From positions 34,906,001-34,970,000 of the forward strand of contig NC_043010.1 of the NCBI RefSeq assembly GCF_006345805.1: a stretch of 64,000 nucleotides of DNA, read 5' to 3'. A program made the position numbers and the translations under genes. The notes under the pieces are model-generated. The model ran no database searches, was not told where the DNA came from, and was given only the letters and a program-made list of their open reading frames with translations. Below are positions 60,481 to 64,000 of the stretch, piece by piece (position 1 is the first letter of the stretch; every line of letters begins with the position of its first letter). The stretch is from Octopus sinensis (lineage: Eukaryota).

Positions 60481-62701
60481 TGAGCTACATGGATTTTCAC
60501 TGACTAGTTGTTACTGCTACTATTGTCTAACTTCAGGTCATCTCTGATCCAGTAGATATATAATTAAAGAAATTCATGCCTTGACCATTCTGTCTTTTTC
60601 TTTTTTGTTTCAAGCAGTGTACATTGATCTACCATTTCCACTGACTGAGACTTAGCTACTATTTCTAGCAGGTTGAGCACCCACATAGATGCTTTGTCAC
60701 TGGCCTGTTTCCTGGTTTGGTCGCCTTAGCTGTAAATTGGTGCTGAGAAGGTATAATTAGCCATTAAAAGGTACCTTGGTGTGGTACAATCAGTAAATGG
60801 ATTATGTCTTAACTTCAATTCCTTCTAAAGGAGGGAAGTGGCATGACTATCACAGACTCTTACTCTTTTATACACTTATTAAGACTTTATAAAAAATTAT
60901 ATATTACATATATAAAATAGATAAATCTTCATTATCCCTCTTAATTTTTAATAATCTGTTTTGTGACCTAAATATTTCACAAAAACAATATTCACTCACA
61001 CAGAGGAGAGCACAAACAGAAAGCCTAACCATTCATTGTTTAATCCTTTCAGTTGACACCACTAACAACACAAGCATCATCACCACTGATACCATCAGCT
61101 ATTTTGTCATCACTCTGGATTACTCTAGCCTTTCACAAGCTATTCTAACTTTGGGGACCACATAATGCTAAAGTTTGAAACTGAAATAGAAATATCTGGT
61201 CCCATTTTTTAAAACAGTAGAGAGAATGGAGGATTTAAAAAAAATTATATTTGGTTGCTATATTGAAAGGTCATATGTCTAAATAAACATTTCCTTAGTG
61301 TCTATTGTGGTTTAATTTAAATACAGTAGGGAGTTTTGCCTACTGTTTCTTACATTGAGCAGATTACATTTCCAAGTTGGAGGTTCCTTAGTTCCTTACT
61401 ACCTCTTGTGGGCCTTGTTTGTTGAAAAAGATTTTTCAAGTACATTGAGCAGATCACATGGCTATATAGTTGGTTCCTTAGTGACTCTTTCAGTCCCTAT
61501 TTTCAATTAACTGACCAGTTCATTAAGAGATTTAGCTGCTATATTGTGTAGGTCAAGCAAAGACATAGCTAAAGGTTTTCTTATCCTTCAAGAGGAAATT
61601 AGAGAATGGTTTTGTCAGAGAGGAAACAAAAAAAGAGATGGATTTCAATCCTTTCAGTCAGCTCTTCATAATATTCTTTTACTTAAGCACTACTTACCTA
61701 CTCCATGCAAAAGAAGAAAATCTACCAGATTAATCATTTTATATACATATATAATACACACATACATGCATACAAACATACATACATTCATATCTACATA
61801 CAAGTGTATGTGTGAGCGTGTGTAGGACTAAATTTACTTTGTATTTGAAATTCAAGCTTCTTAAATTTCCATTCCACTTTTCATGTACACATCATAGGTG
61901 TAGATGAGGTAAGATGTGCCATGTGAAGTGCATGCATGTGTATTATAATTCTCCCTCTATCATACACACATACAAACACACCCTATACATAAATATATCC
62001 ACATGTGTGCGCATGAATATAGACACACAGACCTGCCCCTACAGAAGTCTGATAGCACTGAATAAATATCTTTTACCAAGGTGTTTACTAAAAGACTTGG
62101 CAATCAACCTTGCAACCTGAGACTTGCCTTATCCCAGCAAGATAGAGACTGGTTGGTCTGTTAATAAATAATCCATTCATACACACACACTCTCACGCAC
62201 ACACACACACATACATATATATATAAATACACATACACACGTTGCGAAATCACCATTAATCTATAAGTACAGCGGCACTGAGTGAAGTAAGGAAAGAAAT
62301 TTTTTAAAAAAAGGAAATAACACACACACACACACACACACACATACATACACAGACATGCACAGAATTTATTTATATATTTTATGATTTTACTGCACTC
62401 TAACAATGTTCATAAATTGCCTGTCAATAAAATAATTAAAAAATATCTCACTATGTTTATAGTGTTTTTTTTTTATCTTTTGGTAAGGAGAGAAGGCAAT
62501 GTTCATGATTCTTTATAGGGGCTTCCATAAATGATGGGAGGAAGGAACATATCCTCAAAACAGAAGCCTAACTTAGGTACTTGCATTAGGGACACTGTAA
62601 TAAAAATGCACCAAATATGTCAAGTGATGCTGTTAAATCAGACAATGGGTTAAGTCTACCACTGAAATAGGCCATATATATATATATATATATATATATA
62701 G

Positions 62702-62734
<33 letters not shown>

Positions 62735-63105
62735 ATATAATATATATATATGAAAATTTGTTGTTGAAAATGCACCTGAATTGTTTTTAAATAAATCTAT
62801 TTACATATATACCAAACTAGTTCCACCAATATTTTTTGCTTATCAATGGTAAAAATTCAAAATTGTGAAGTAGAAAAACATGTTTAAAAGATTCAATGTT
62901 TACAAGATTGAATAATATCAAATATGATTTAAATGTTCACAACAGTCAAAAATATAAAAAATGTGATTCACCTAAGGTTCAGTCATACTGTATGTATGTA
63001 AATAAATTTATTTAAAAACAATTACAAGATTTTCAAATACAAGTTCATTTTCAACACCAAATTTTCCTGTATTTTTCCTATGTGGAATTACAGCCCTTCT
63101 TTTGT

Positions 63106-63139
<34 letters not shown>

Positions 63140-63140
63140 A

Positions 63141-63184
<44 letters not shown>

Positions 63185-63403
63185 GTATGAGAGAGAGAGA
63201 GGGGGCATGAGAGAGAGAGAAGAGATTATTCTTTTACAAGACAGTAACTTTGGACACTCTTGAAGTTTCTGCTTGCTTAGCCTACATTGAGCTGAACTTC
63301 GAAGTTACTGTCAACACTATACTTGCAAAAGAATAATAAATATGTACTCTACAAAAAAGCATTGCGTTTGATATAAAATTGTTTTTATTATAACTCAACA
63401 TAA

Positions 63404-63471
<68 letters not shown>

Positions 63472-63505
63472 GCTTGTACCATAGCTGTTCTGCTTGTATC
63501 ATAGC

Positions 63506-63937
63506 CAGGGCCAGATTTACATATGGTCCAGTATGGGCCATCAGTTAGGGGCTCCAAAACTTGGTTGGGGGATAGCCTTAAACTCAGAGAAGCCTAAAGA
63601 TTGGAGTTAAAAATTTATATATACATAATCAAATAAACACTTTGAAATTTTCTTTTACCTGTTTAATATTTTTGTTTATCTATTAGAGCTCTTTAAAAAT
63701 CATTGAACTCTATTTTGATTTATTGAAACCTTTTACATTTAAAAAGTCATTTAATTTATCTGAGTCTCTCTGAATTTACTAAAAACCCATTTAGTTTGGG
63801 GGCCCTCTTTAAACTGTTTTGGGCCTCTAGATTTAATGAGTCCTTTATTATCTTATGATTTTTTTTTTGAATTAGCAAAACCATAGGGACCAAAACCTAT
63901 TGGTTTAGGGACCCTGCTAGGTCTAAACTCAGCTCTG
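63506..63937. mobile_element. hAT-like MITE, 432 bp
   Basis: Ends CAGGGCCAGATTTA / TAAACTCAGCTCTG; 8-bp flanks ATCATAGC and GTCACAGT differ only by three transitions; internal GGGGCYC motifs. Confidence 0.5.
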
Positions 63938-64000
63938 GTCACAGTTAGTTGTTATTGTGCATGTGCCATTGTTGTGCATGAGTAATAATTGTCATGCATG

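Overview
AT-rich eukaryotic, repeat-dominated DNA, probably intronic or intergenic. The SINE families and dense (TA)n/(CA)n/(TACA)n/(AAT)n/(GGT)n microsatellites look like an octopod cephalopod (Octopus) genome; this assignment is from recalled repeat families, not a search. I recognise no host protein-coding gene, intact tRNA/rRNA gene or CRISPR array. Nearly all ORF-track entries are microsatellite or SINE read-throughs. Supported content: (1) several tRNA-derived SINE families in many copies; (2) decayed non-LTR retrotransposons of three clades: RTE (37.7-40.7 kb, 59.4-60.5 kb and many 3' tails), R4/Dong (17.4 kb, 53.9-56.2 kb) and L1/Tx1 (56.6-57.5 kb); (3) a full-length dead D34D mariner back-to-back with a second Tc1/mariner-type element; (4) piggyBac-, Tigger- and hAT-type MITEs; (5) exact local duplications and minisatellites. 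The best leads are RNA-level: a minimal type I hammerhead-ribozyme fold with a non-canonical core in a Penelope-like fragment (4585-4622, minus strand); a decayed HDV-like ribozyme motif joined directly to an RTE-type 3' tail (50930-51120, partial second copy near 16.3 kb); closely spaced inverted repeats that could be ADAR substrates; and (AAT)n tracts that act as retroelement landing sites. A few splice-site-bounded candidate exons are reported at low confidence. Repeat boundaries were read by eye and are approximate unless stated as exact.
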